Numbered from the stretch's first letter, positions 7,977-17,556 are shown. The stretch: DNA of 64,000 nt from Minisyncoccota bacterium (GCA_036517475.1 DATDVZ010000007.1:1706-65705); one strand, 5' to 3'. The notes: generated from the letters alone by a model not told the origin. Translations and numbers: made by a program.

Positions 7977-9624
7977 ATGGCTTCTCGGCAATTAAAACTA
8001 CATTGGTCGGAGGATAACCAATCTCAACAAGTTTGCCGTCTGTTTTTTCAAATATTTTCACTTTATCTTTATAGCGATTATCAACAATCCATTGATTTGT
8101 ATATACTCGGGATGAATGAGATGGCTGATTCGGGTTTTCTATAATCCTGAAGCCAAGGTTTTTTAAAAATCCTTTCCATTCCTTAAAATCAAAAAAAGTA
8201 AATTCTTCATTCATCTCGCTTTGCCAGTTATCGGCATAATCTTTCTTGCTTAAGAACTCGGCACTATTCCTCAATGTGGTTACAAAAAAGTTCTTTTCAT
8301 CTGCTTTTTCCTCTCTAAAGCGGACTTGAGTATCCTTGCTTCTCTTGCCTTGTATCCTCATGTCATTTAGATAATCATTCGCAAATCTTTTGAATCTAGC
8401 CTCTGTTGAAAGTTTTTTAATGTGTGTCTCTAGCTCATTTGCACTTCCAAAATTCTCAAAAATATCTTCATTTTCTCCGTCCTCGTTGTTAAGCCACAGA
8501 TACACTTCCTTATCTTTATTTTCTGGACCGACAACATCGCGAATTATGAGTCTCCCGCCCGAGCGCATTTGCCTAAATTTCTTTTCAAAATATTTATATA
8601 AGCTTTCTTTTTGGCTGCCATATGACCAGATTTCATGTGTCGTTGAATTGCAGATTGTCGTATCAATGGAATTATCCTCAAAAATTGAATCAAGTAAATT
8701 TTTTTGATGAAAATGAACAAAGGTTCCTCCAAACTCCCCTGCTCTTTGCCTCTCAATACAGCGAGCCATGAATTCAGAAGTAATTTCAATGCCAATAATA
8801 TCTGAATCGGGAAAATCTCTTGCTAAAAGAACAATCAGAGACCCGTCAGCACATCCTTCATCAACAATTTTGCCCGGAACTAGAGCTTCTTTTATATCCT
8901 GATATTTAAGGTTAATAAGTTCGGTATGCCCCATGCCTTGGGCATATGTCGAGTAATTCCTTTCTTCTGTTAATGAACCAGACTCATTTAAAAGCGGGTC
9001 TCGCCATATGCGCCTTATAGTCTCTGGAATTTCAGGAAAATCCCTCCACATAGAAAGGGTTTCCTCGGAAATCATTTCTTCAATTTCCCCAAAACCCTCA
9101 TCAGATTCAGCAAATATTTTTATTATTTCAACAGGAGTGTTTTGTTTTCTTTCTTTTGCATAATAGTCATATTCAGCGGTTAAAACTCCAAATCCTTTTT
9201 TAACATAATCATCAACAAGTTTAGGTGTTGAACATAAAACTAATGTATTTTGAGGATTTAGAGTCAGATGGTCATATGTATTTTCATGAATTTCTTTAAG
9301 AATAAAATCAATATATCGTTCACTGGGAGGATAGTGCGGAATGGCAATAATTCTGTAAGGAGTTGCTGTTTTTTCCTTAACTTTGCTGGCAAATCTGTCT
9401 ATCGCAACTGCTCTTACCCAAAAGGGAACGGGATTATATCTGGAGTTAGATTGATTTGCAGAGGTCACTGCAAAAATTATTTCAGTTATTTTTTCATTAT
9501 CCACCATCTCATGCTTCCCAACTAAATCCATCTGACCAGTAGGAATATTAATTAATTTCTCAATATAATCCTTCTGAAACTTTGTGTTAATAAGATGTCT
9601 GCCTGGAAATAAGAGATATGCCAT
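7975..9624 (-). CDS. Fusion of a NadM-like (HUP) nucleotidyltransferase domain and a class I SAM methyltransferase
   Basis: N-term FPGRHL..IIFAVTSANQSNSRYNP..R resembles archaeal NadM; C-term IVDEGCADG, IIGIE, NSTTHE, GGRLIIRD. Confidence 0.7.
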   Translation of the reverse strand: MAYLLFPGRHLINTKFQKDYIEKLINIPTGQMDLVGKHEMVDNEKITEIIFAVTSANQSNSRYNPVPFWVRAVAIDRFASKVKEKTATPYRIIAIPHYPPSERYIDFILKEIHENTYDHLTLNPQNTLVLCSTPKLVDDYVKKGFGVLTAEYDYYAKERKQNTPVEIIKIFAESDEGFGEIEEMISEETLSMWRDFPEIPETIRRIWRDPLLNESGSLTEERNYSTYAQGMGHTELINLKYQDIKEALVPGKIVDEGCADGSLIVLLARDFPDSDIIGIEITSEFMARCIERQRAGEFGGTFVHFHQKNLLDSIFEDNSIDTTICNSTTHEIWSYGSQKESLYKYFEKKFRQMRSGGRLIIRDVVGPENKDKEVYLWLNNEDGENEDIFENFGSANELETHIKKLSTEARFKRFANDYLNDMRIQGKRSKDTQVRFREEKADEKNFFVTTLRNSAEFLSKKDYADNWQSEMNEEFTFFDFKEWKGFLKNLGFRIIENPNQPSHSSRVYTNQWIVDNRYKDKVKIFEKTDGKLVEIGYPPTNVVLIAEKP

Positions 9625-9683
9625 AAAATTTATGATTGAAAGCCATTATTTATACAAATAATTCTCATTCATTTTAATATATT

Positions 9684-10616
9684 TTAAATACTTTTAGTTG
9701 CTGGTGTAAGATTAGACTCAATTTCTTTCTTTTTGCTGGAGTAATATTGCTTATGAAATAAAATCGCAATATCTTCCATTATCACTTTATTCTCCATTCT
9801 ATTAATGGCTTCCTCACATTCATTGAAGGTTTGTGGTATATCTTTCTCGCCAAGAAGTGATAGCGCAACTTGAGTATTGGTTAATATATTTGACCGGTAA
9901 CTTTCCTCACTCCTCTGTCTTTTATAATTTTCCAAAACTTTTATATAGTCATGAGGATTTAAAGTAAGTCTTTTTTTAAAATATGGGTTACTAACCTGCG
10001 GCATCTTGCTATACCAAAGATCGCACCAGACAATATTGTTTTGCTTGAATTTCCTCATATAATCAAAAACTTTTTGCGAATCAGGGTGGTCTCCAAGTCC
10101 GCAATCATCGTTATTTAGAATTATTGATTTTCTTAATTCAAGAAGAAATTCAATAGAGGGAGTCTCTGGATATTTTTTAATCAAAAGGTCGTAAAGGATA
10201 GTGTAGGAAAGGCTTTTTTCGCGAAGTGAAGGTATCCTATAGTAGGTGTACATCTCAGTATCGTTTGATGCCACGTATTCGTTGTGGTTTGCAATTTCAC
10301 AGAAATATTCATAATTTAATCTTCGCGGATTAAGAGGGTTGTCAAAAACCATATGCACAAGATCATGAGTAAAAAACATATCGCTCACATAATCACTCTC
10401 ATAGCCACGCATTAAAACAAAATTAAAATATTGAGTGAAATGGGCATATTCATAATCTTTTGTGCTCTTGAAAAATATGGGGCTTCGATGATCAATAATA
10501 AAATCGAGGAGTCCTCTATAGAAAGGGTGTGTTTTAAACTCATTGGTTTTAATCACCTGTGTATTTAAAAAATACTCGTACTCTTCCAATGTTGGAAAAA
10601 AAGTTAAATCTCTCAT
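9684..10616 (-). CDS. Hypothetical protein, possible metal site (HDLVH...E)
   Basis: 310-aa ORF co-oriented with the methyltransferase fusion. Confidence 0.6.
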   Translation of the reverse strand: MRDLTFFPTLEEYEYFLNTQVIKTNEFKTHPFYRGLLDFIIDHRSPIFFKSTKDYEYAHFTQYFNFVLMRGYESDYVSDMFFTHDLVHMVFDNPLNPRRLNYEYFCEIANHNEYVASNDTEMYTYYRIPSLREKSLSYTILYDLLIKKYPETPSIEFLLELRKSIILNNDDCGLGDHPDSQKVFDYMRKFKQNNIVWCDLWYSKMPQVSNPYFKKRLTLNPHDYIKVLENYKRQRSEESYRSNILTNTQVALSLLGEKDIPQTFNECEEAINRMENKVIMEDIAILFHKQYYSSKKKEIESNLTPATKSI

Positions 10617-10667
10617 AATTCAATTCAATCACTTAAGAGATTTTAGTCAATAAAAAAATCCGGAGGC

Positions 10668-12020
10668 TTATGCCTCCGGTCCGGAGTTTACAACTTCCGG
10701 TATCAAACCCAAACTATGCTCAAAAGCATCCTGATTGAAGTTGTATCCTTCACCAAGAAATTCAACCACCTTCAAAGCATCACGTCTGGCATTGTAAAGA
10801 CAAACGGAGGCTCCGGGAGAAGGTGTTGTATTGAAAATGCAACTATCTCCAATAATTGTCTTGTCTCCCATTTCTAGCTTCCAAGTCTTCAGATTCACAA
10901 TTTGAGGCCTGATCCCACCAGCACCTTCCCTACGCTTGATATCACGATATCTGATACCCGGAACAATTTTGCGAGCCTCCTTAAGAAGTAGGAACTTGCC
11001 AACAATCGGAAATCTATAAATCAGATTTCTTGACACATATCCGAAGAGTCTATTGGCAAAGAGAATATAAAACATTACCGCAATTCCTCTTAAAGAAGCG
11101 GTTGGAAGCTTCATATAGTCAAAGAAGCTTCTGTAATTATATCGTTCCATAAGTGGCTGAGGTACAGTAGTCGGGCCAAAATGATTCTCTTGCATCTTAA
11201 GTACGTCAGGATCCATATGAAGTTCAGCGAAAGGTCTTCCTTCAACCTGAGGCCGATAAACCTTATTGTAAACCTGCAAGCCAACTGAGTAAAAATCACC
11301 GGCTACTGAGAGAATTCCGTACTCATACCCGTAACCAAGCTTCTGAGCAAAAAGTAAGCTGTAAGCTCCGGCAGCAAAAACTACAACGCGAGCATGAAAT
11401 TCTCCACGATTTGTTTCAATAACATATCCATCTTCTGCTTTTCTTACGTCAATAACTGCAGTTGCGAGAAATAAATCCCCCTTTAAACTAGGTAATCCAT
11501 CAGCAACAAAACATTCTGCCAAAATCTGGTAATTTACCGCAAAACCCTCTGAACTGACTAATGCGCAAATTTTTTCCTCAGGGTTTCGCCCTTCCATGAC
11601 TTTCGGCTCAATCACAGAGAGCTCATCTTCATAAGCAATACGTAAATCAGGATAATAGTCTCTGAATTGTGTATAGCGATCCTCAAGAGCTTTTACCTGA
11701 TCAGTCCCAACTGCAAGCACCATGCGCAAAGTTTTCTTGAATAACCCGTCTGTTTTGCGCCTTGTTATATAACCGCGCAAAAGCTTGGCCGCCTCCTGAA
11801 CCTGAAGTGCGTGTTCAAGATCGTAGTTGGTTTCTGTTCCGCCATCATGTGATGTTTGGGCATTATTGAGCGGATGAGAATTTACGAGCGCAACTCCGTT
11901 GTTTTTTTCCAGAAGCGCGATACTTCTTATGTTGCTGAATCTGGAAAGAGCATAAAACAGAGATGTGCCGGTTACCCCAGCACCCACAATTGCAAGATCG
12001 TAGTGTCTTTTCATTTTCAT
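10668..12020 (-). CDS. FAD-dependent oxidoreductase, malate:quinone oxidoreductase / L-2-hydroxyglutarate oxidase family
   Basis: GAGVTG, NNAQTSHDGGTETNY, GGIRPQ, TPSPGAS; resembles Helicobacter-type Mqo. Confidence 0.75.
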   Translation of the reverse strand: MKMKRHYDLAIVGAGVTGTSLFYALSRFSNIRSIALLEKNNGVALVNSHPLNNAQTSHDGGTETNYDLEHALQVQEAAKLLRGYITRRKTDGLFKKTLRMVLAVGTDQVKALEDRYTQFRDYYPDLRIAYEDELSVIEPKVMEGRNPEEKICALVSSEGFAVNYQILAECFVADGLPSLKGDLFLATAVIDVRKAEDGYVIETNRGEFHARVVVFAAGAYSLLFAQKLGYGYEYGILSVAGDFYSVGLQVYNKVYRPQVEGRPFAELHMDPDVLKMQENHFGPTTVPQPLMERYNYRSFFDYMKLPTASLRGIAVMFYILFANRLFGYVSRNLIYRFPIVGKFLLLKEARKIVPGIRYRDIKRREGAGGIRPQIVNLKTWKLEMGDKTIIGDSCIFNTTPSPGASVCLYNARRDALKVVEFLGEGYNFNQDAFEHSLGLIPEVVNSGPEA

Positions 12021-12094
12021 TCATCATCCTAGAAAGTGTGAATGGAAAAGAACTCTAATAAAATAATATCACTAATTTGATAATGAGTCAATAA

Positions 12095-12718
12095 TTAGTT
12101 AAAGCCGTAAAGTTTTTTGAGTTTTATATATTCCGTTGCCTCTTTTGCCATAAATTTCTCAAATGGTTCTCCATTTGCAATCCTGTTTCTTACTTCAGAA
12201 CTTGAGGCACCCTTCAACTTTACTTGAGCTATTTCGAAATTCTCTGGCAGCATTAATTCACTTGGGTCTTTATATCCCTCTCGTGGAAAAATTAAAAATT
12301 TCCATTTTTTAAAAAGCTCTTCTCCCCTTACCCAACGTGCTTGAATTTCATTCAATCCGCTGAATTCTTCTCTTTTTACTATTGAATCAGCACCTGTAAA
12401 CCAGATAACTTCATTATCAGGATAGATTCCTTTATATCTTTCAAGCCATTCAATAGTAGGTGTATTTTGCTTATACAAATCTTCAAATGAAATTGTAAAA
12501 TCCACATCTTTTTTTAAAAACCATTCTGTTGGAATGGTCAATAAGGTAATTATAAGCCTATGTTCTGGATCAATTAAGTTTTTTTTATCATTCCTTTGGC
12601 CAGATATTATCCAAATAACTTTGCTGAATTTTCCACTGTTCAATAGCCAACCAATAAGTTCCCTATGCGCAAGTATCGCTGGATTTGCAGCTGAACCACC
12701 TATTGCAATTGGAAGCAT
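12095..12718 (-). CDS. nadD: Nicotinate-nucleotide adenylyltransferase (divergent HxGH motif)
   Basis: GGSAANP...AH, HRL, TGADS, FPREGY, SSSEVR, YIKLKKLY. Confidence 0.8.
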   Translation of the reverse strand: MLPIAIGGSAANPAILAHRELIGWLLNSGKFSKVIWIISGQRNDKKNLIDPEHRLIITLLTIPTEWFLKKDVDFTISFEDLYKQNTPTIEWLERYKGIYPDNEVIWFTGADSIVKREEFSGLNEIQARWVRGEELFKKWKFLIFPREGYKDPSELMLPENFEIAQVKLKGASSSEVRNRIANGEPFEKFMAKEATEYIKLKKLYGFN

Positions 12719-12758
12719 TTATAAAAATTAAATTAATTTACCTAAATAAAATACCACA

Positions 12759-13349
12759 TCAGACTGATGTGGTAGAGTGTTTAGCAAGGATTTCTCTGAT
12801 TTTTGGATGGTGTATAACGCTAAAAATTTTCATATCAACCATTACTCCTGCCGGAGGATTGCTTAAAAAATCATGAGCCTCAATGAGAGGAACAGTTACA
12901 ACTTCAATATCTTCTCCCGTCTCAAGTTCTGGCTCTGTCACTTTCACGGCATTTAATCCGAGATAAATCACCATATTGTCTTCAACCAAACCTGAATTTA
13001 TCGGCCCTGAAAAAAGCCGGATGACTGAAGAAACTTTATAACCAGTTTCCTCAGTGAGTTCTCTCATCGCTAAAGATTCTTCCTCCTCGCCCTGCTTATC
13101 CATAATACCAGCACAAAGCTCAATAACCCACGATCTAAGAGGAATACGGTAATTTTTTGTAAGAATTAATCTGTCATCCGCTGTGATTGCAGCAATGCCG
13201 ACAATTCTTCCGAAAGTTTTGCGCTTTACACACTCCCAAATTCCCTCTCCGCCTGTTGCATTGTTGCGGAAATGGCGATTGGTAACTGTAATAAACTTGC
13301 CGTCATAGACAAGTTCCTCCTCAAGAATCTCTAAGTTTGTATTTCTCAT
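12759..13349 (-). CDS. Nudix hydrolase, ADP-ribose pyrophosphatase-like
   Basis: YRIP..ELCAGIMDKQGE..AMRELTEETGY; start ATG 13349 after GGAGG. Confidence 0.85.
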   Translation of the reverse strand: MRNTNLEILEEELVYDGKFITVTNRHFRNNATGGEGIWECVKRKTFGRIVGIAAITADDRLILTKNYRIPLRSWVIELCAGIMDKQGEEEESLAMRELTEETGYKVSSVIRLFSGPINSGLVEDNMVIYLGLNAVKVTEPELETGEDIEVVTVPLIEAHDFLSNPPAGVMVDMKIFSVIHHPKIREILAKHSTTSV

Positions 13350-13473
13350 TATCCTCCAAAATATTTTTCTACTCTTAATGGATACTACATTAGGCAAATA
13401 ATAAATCAAATAGTTTTTATCTCCTTGCAAACTAAAAACCGAGTTATTTCTATAACTCGGGCTTGTTTAGACA

Positions 13474-13659
13474 CTATTTTTCCATTTCTGCTTCCGCGCG
13501 CCTTTGGGCAGCCAACCTTGCCAAAATCCGATTATTCTCATTATTCTGGGGAGAAAGTAAATAATCGGGAGCGGTGTATCTGCCACTTGGGCGGTCTTCG
13601 GGAGAGATTTTCATACTTTTTCTTTTGCCTGAATTACGATCTCGGCGCGGTCCTCTCAT
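13474..13659 (-). CDS. Small hypothetical protein
   Basis: 61-aa ORF filling the intergenic gap. Confidence 0.4.
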   Translation of the reverse strand: MRGPRRDRNSGKRKSMKISPEDRPSGRYTAPDYLLSPQNNENNRILARLAAQRRAEAEMEK

Positions 13660-13738
13660 GATATACTCCGAATTTGGATCTGGGTTTAATTATAATCAGA
13701 AATATTTTTTTGAAAAGTGGAAATAAAAAAATTGTTTA

Positions 13739-14641
13739 TTATTCGTTATAAGCCCTTTTTAATCCTTCAATATCAATCTTTTTCATTTGAAGCATTGCTT
13801 TCATCACCCTTTCAGACTTTACAGGATCCGGGTCGCTCAAGTACTCTCCTAGAATTTTAGGAATGATCTGCCATGAAAAATCAAATTTATCGGCAAGCCA
13901 TCCGCACTGTTGCGCCTTTGAATCGGCTTCTTCTGTCAACTTATTCCAGTAATAATCAACCTCATTTTGATCTTCACACTCAACATGAAAGGATATTGCC
14001 CCACTTACTTCGAACTTATGTGGAAAACTGTTCTCCATTGCCCGAAAAGGCTGCCCCTCCAGAAGAAAATGTGAATATTTTATCTTTCCCTCAACGTCCC
14101 CTTCGTCCTTCTCGTATCTTGCAATAGTTTCAATTGAAGAATTTTTAAATATTCCCATATAAAAATTTATCGCCTCATCGCATTTGCCGAAGTGTTTGCC
14201 AATAAACATCAGTGACGGAATTATTTTCCCACCATTCTTTTCTGTGTTTATCTGCCAAGATACTCCGAATCTGTCCTGGAGCCAGCCATATTTTTCCGCC
14301 CACGGATATTGCTGAAATGGCATCAGTATTTCCCCATCAGCAGAAAGTTTATCGTAAAAATTTTGAGCCACGTCTGCATTTGCGCAGGTTATTGTAAAAG
14401 AGACTGATGGATTGAATTTGAAATGCGGGCCGCCGTCGAGGGCCATAAAGCGTTGTCCCATAAGCTCAAAGACAGCTGTTATAATTTTTCCTTGGAATCC
14501 TTCCCACGCCGGGTGAAGCGCTTTTTCAGGATAGCGTTTGATGCTTACAATTCTTGAATTATCAAAAATTGAAATATAAAAATTCATCGCTTCCTGGCAA
14601 TTCTTGTCAAACCATAAAAACGGAGTGATTTTTTGAATCAT
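13739..14641 (-). CDS. VOC/PhnB (3-dmu-9 methyltransferase-like) protein with two domains
   Basis: KITPFLWF, FNPSVSF, YGWLQDRFGVSWQ, CGWLADKF. Confidence 0.9.
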   Translation of the reverse strand: MIQKITPFLWFDKNCQEAMNFYISIFDNSRIVSIKRYPEKALHPAWEGFQGKIITAVFELMGQRFMALDGGPHFKFNPSVSFTITCANADVAQNFYDKLSADGEILMPFQQYPWAEKYGWLQDRFGVSWQINTEKNGGKIIPSLMFIGKHFGKCDEAINFYMGIFKNSSIETIARYEKDEGDVEGKIKYSHFLLEGQPFRAMENSFPHKFEVSGAISFHVECEDQNEVDYYWNKLTEEADSKAQQCGWLADKFDFSWQIIPKILGEYLSDPDPVKSERVMKAMLQMKKIDIEGLKRAYNE

Positions 14642-14680
14642 AGTTATTTGGTTTTATTAACAGTTTAAAAAAACTACAGA

Positions 14681-14794
14681 TTAAAGTCTTTTGCGTTTTG
14701 CTGAAAGCCTCGCGTGTTTTATCGCCAGGCGTTTTTTTGTTTTCCTGGAACGAGAGGTTTTATTTTTTGTATTTACACTAAGTCTTTTTGCCAT
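14681..14794 (-). CDS. 37-aa highly basic peptide (below ORF-track cutoff)
   Basis: MAKRLSVNTKNKTSRSRKTKKRLAIKHARLSAKRKRL; TAATAT -10-like hexamer 6 nt upstream. Confidence 0.55.
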   Translation of the reverse strand: MAKRLSVNTKNKTSRSRKTKKRLAIKHARLSAKRKRL

Positions 14795-14968
14795 GGTTCA
14801 ATATTACTCACCATGGCCCTGAATTAAATTAATTGAAGGGCCATAAGTTGTAACTATACCCCGTGAGATACAGATAATATACTAAGTATTGTAACATGGG
14901 AATCATTATCTCATGGGGTATACACTAATTAACTGACAGCGCGAACAAATTATTCTAATTTTTAATAA

Positions 14969-15553
14969 TCAGCGGATACCAGTGTCACATGAAAGGGTAA
15001 TATTTTGCGTGGGACCAGAAATTTCAAAACTTTCCTCCTTGCATAAAGGATAAGGATTGCCGCTTCGCGGTATAAACTTATATGCTCCATAAGAGAGATA
15101 AAAAGTGACTTTCCCCTTCCCATCGGTTGGCCTGCTCGTAACTAAGTTTGCATCACTGTAAACATCAACTGATGTCAGATAAGGTTTTGGAGCACAATTT
15201 GGATCTGGAGGAATTCTTTCCACCGGACAAGTCGGCCCAAGCAGAACCTCTACATAGACAACCGTACTCTTGGCGGGGGTGGCCGGGCATGCCTTAAACT
15301 GGCAAGTTGGCGGGGTCCGACTGACATATGAACCATCTGGACAGAGTTTCACATCGGCCGTACAGAAAATTTGCTCCGACCCATCTGGCAGTGTTGAAGG
15401 CGTTGATGTCGGAGTAATTGAGGTAGATGTACTAGACATTTTTTCCCCCGGTAAAATACTTCCGATCGGTAAATTATCTTTTTGCCAAAAAAGTACAACC
15501 AGAACAGCGGCTGCCACAATAACTCCAATTAATATTCCGTTTTTTGAATTCAT
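14969..15553 (-). CDS. Membrane-anchored Cys-rich surface protein
   Basis: N-terminal TM, CTADVKLCPDGSYVSR..C..CP motif, GPTCPVE domain. Confidence 0.75.
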   Translation of the reverse strand: MNSKNGILIGVIVAAAVLVVLFWQKDNLPIGSILPGEKMSSTSTSITPTSTPSTLPDGSEQIFCTADVKLCPDGSYVSRTPPTCQFKACPATPAKSTVVYVEVLLGPTCPVERIPPDPNCAPKPYLTSVDVYSDANLVTSRPTDGKGKVTFYLSYGAYKFIPRSGNPYPLCKEESFEISGPTQNITLSCDTGIR

Positions 15554-15658
15554 ATTTGATATCAAAAATTGCCTGCCCGCTCAAATCCTGCTTACGGGAT
15601 TTGAACGGGAAAATTGAATTTTTAGTATATCAGACGACAAAATGATTATTTAATGAAC

Positions 15659-15964
15659 TTATTTGCCGAGGAATACTAAAACTAAAACAATAAACACAAT
15701 TACGATTCCGGCAAAAAATCCTAAAGTTTTTAAAAAATAGTTTACCGCTTCCTGCTTAAGCCCGTCCATATATAACTTGAATGGCTCAAAAACAAAAAGA
15801 TACCCCATTAAGGCCGCCGACAACACAAAAAGACCAATCATAACCATTGGCATGAAAATTGTTCTCTCCAACGATGTAATGGAAGTTGTCGTCTGCATAA
15901 CAAAGACAATAATCACGATGTATATTGCAGCCGCTATTGCATTAACTATTGGGTTCTTGTTCAT
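15659..15964 (-). CDS. Small 3-TM membrane protein
   Basis: Three hydrophobic segments. Confidence 0.7.
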   Translation of the reverse strand: MNKNPIVNAIAAAIYIVIIVFVMQTTTSITSLERTIFMPMVMIGLFVLSAALMGYLFVFEPFKLYMDGLKQEAVNYFLKTLGFFAGIVIVFIVLVLVFLGK

Positions 15965-16016
15965 GAGCACATTGTATCATTTTGTAAAATAACCGCCCAA
16001 ATGGCGGTTATTTTTC

Positions 16017-16571
16017 TTAACTTCTCTCCTTCATGATTTCAATGAGAAATTCCGCCTTCTTGCCTTCGGATTTGAGAAGTGTAGGTAGTGTAAGATCACT
16101 TCTCAAACTTTGCATATCTTCATCAAAATCCGGATCCTCAAAACTACATTGAGCAAACCCAGCAAAGTGTAGAGATTCAACCTTATCACCAAGAGTAAAT
16201 TCAATAATAGCTACCATAGCATGCTTGGCATAATATGGTGATCGTTTGTTTACTACTCCAAAAAAATGATCACAAACCCTATCTCTAATTGTTTGGTGAT
16301 CTGTGCCTAAAGTGAGAAATGGTTGAACAATTTTACTCACTCCCTCTCTTTCAGGAACGCAACCTTTTGGCAACATTCCTAACACAAAAGATAAATATCT
16401 TTCAACAAGTTCTGATGTTATGCCGGGGAATCTACCTTCAAGAAATGTTAAGAGTTCCTCAACTTCTTTTCCCTGTCGTGCAGTAATATCAATTATATCC
16501 TCGGGAGTAATCTCTGGAAATTCATGAACATTCGACCAAGTAAGTAATGCCCCCAGTCGCCGATTGCTCAT
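16017..16571 (-). CDS. Hypothetical protein
   Basis: 184-aa ORF with strong SD (GAGGAGG), upstream promoter-like sequence and downstream hairpin. Confidence 0.65.
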   Translation of the reverse strand: MSNRRLGALLTWSNVHEFPEITPEDIIDITARQGKEVEELLTFLEGRFPGITSELVERYLSFVLGMLPKGCVPEREGVSKIVQPFLTLGTDHQTIRDRVCDHFFGVVNKRSPYYAKHAMVAIIEFTLGDKVESLHFAGFAQCSFEDPDFDEDMQSLRSDLTLPTLLKSEGKKAEFLIEIMKERS

Positions 16572-16698
16572 TTATACTCCTCCTCTTTGAAGTCAGGTTT
16601 TGATTACAATTCTATTGACACCCTACACTTTTTTAAATTACGGTCAATTTAAGTATATCTATACTTTTTATTCATTGTTATTTATTCATTGTTCCCTG

Positions 16699-17319
16699 CT
16701 ATATTTTCTCGTAAAATACGGCTTTCCCTTTTATTCCAACTTGTCTTATCCTCCCCTCACTCTCCAACATTGAAAGATATCTTGTGGCGGTAGCATCAGA
16801 GACATGCAAAAGCTTCTCTACTTCATCGTTCGTGATCCTTGTTCGCTTCGCAAATAATTCCATAATTTTTTCAATTTTTTTTCTCTTCCTTGCCCGAATT
16901 ACATTTCCGGCTTTAGTAAGAAGTTCGCGAACTGGATTTCGAGTAAACGGCTCAATTGGTGGGAATTGAGCCGTTTGATTTAAAACCGGAGGTGTTTCCT
17001 TGGGTAGCGGAGAGGACAGAAGTAAATCCTCAGATTTTTCTTCAGTATTTTCAGGGGCTGTAGTTTCTGCAGGTGCTGTCGCATCACCCCCTGAAACCAC
17101 TTCCGTGGTTTCAGGGGGTATGTTTTCATTTATCGCATCAACCGGCACATCAACTGTTTCAGAACTTGCTTGTGGTGAGTTAATCGAATCCACCTGCGGT
17201 AAGCTTGTCGAATCCACCTGTGGTGAGCTAGTCGAATCCACTTGCGTCTCCGCAGGCACTTCAGGAATCACAGTAATAGGATTTTGATCAGAATTTTGAT
17301 TTTCTGGTTCATTAGTCAT
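16699..17319 (-). CDS. Acidic low-complexity protein with C-terminal winged HTH (DeoR-like)
   Basis: ITNDEVEKLLHVSDATATRYLSMLESEGRI. Confidence 0.75.
   Translation of the reverse strand: MTNEPENQNSDQNPITVIPEVPAETQVDSTSSPQVDSTSLPQVDSINSPQASSETVDVPVDAINENIPPETTEVVSGGDATAPAETTAPENTEEKSEDLLLSSPLPKETPPVLNQTAQFPPIEPFTRNPVRELLTKAGNVIRARKRKKIEKIMELFAKRTRITNDEVEKLLHVSDATATRYLSMLESEGRIRQVGIKGKAVFYEKI
17169..17240. repeat. 3 x 24-bp in-frame tandem repeat (QVDSTSSP-like)
   Basis: Units cttgtggtgagttaatcgaatcca / cctgcggtaagcttgtcgaatcca / cctgtggtgagctagtcgaatcca. Confidence 0.9.
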
Positions 17320-17352
17320 GTTGAAATTATATCAATTCTCTCAATAAGGGAT

Positions 17353-17556
17353 TTAAATATTTTGGCAATTGTCGCGATAAGATATGTATTCTATGCGTAA
17401 CCAGCTTATTTGAACACCGTGATTGGTACAAGTTACTGCATACGCCCTATCACGATGTATACTTTCAAAGTCATGCCAACTTGTACGAAGATTCAAAGCA
17501 AATATAACTATAATCAACGAAATAATTATCCCTAACAAATATAGATATTTCTTCAT
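17353..17556 (-). CDS. Small membrane-anchored hypothetical protein
   Basis: N-terminal hydrophobic helix. Confidence 0.5.
   Translation of the reverse strand: MKKYLYLLGIIISLIIVIFALNLRTSWHDFESIHRDRAYAVTCTNHGVQISWLRIEYISYRDNCQNI

Noticed and set aside
2924-13349. Phage NARP1/NARP2 pathway or a prophage
   Set aside because: Enzymes are the deamidating PncA/PncB/NadD/NadE type, not Adps/Namat or Nampt; no integrase or virion genes seen.
13376-13392. Additional NrtR box upstream of the Nudix gene (TAATG-N7-CATTA)
   Set aside because: Palindromic but lacks the GT-N7-AC core; too weak to call.
17169-17240. Possible CRISPR array
   Set aside because: Contiguous 24-bp units without spacers, in frame in a CDS; no cas genes in the window.
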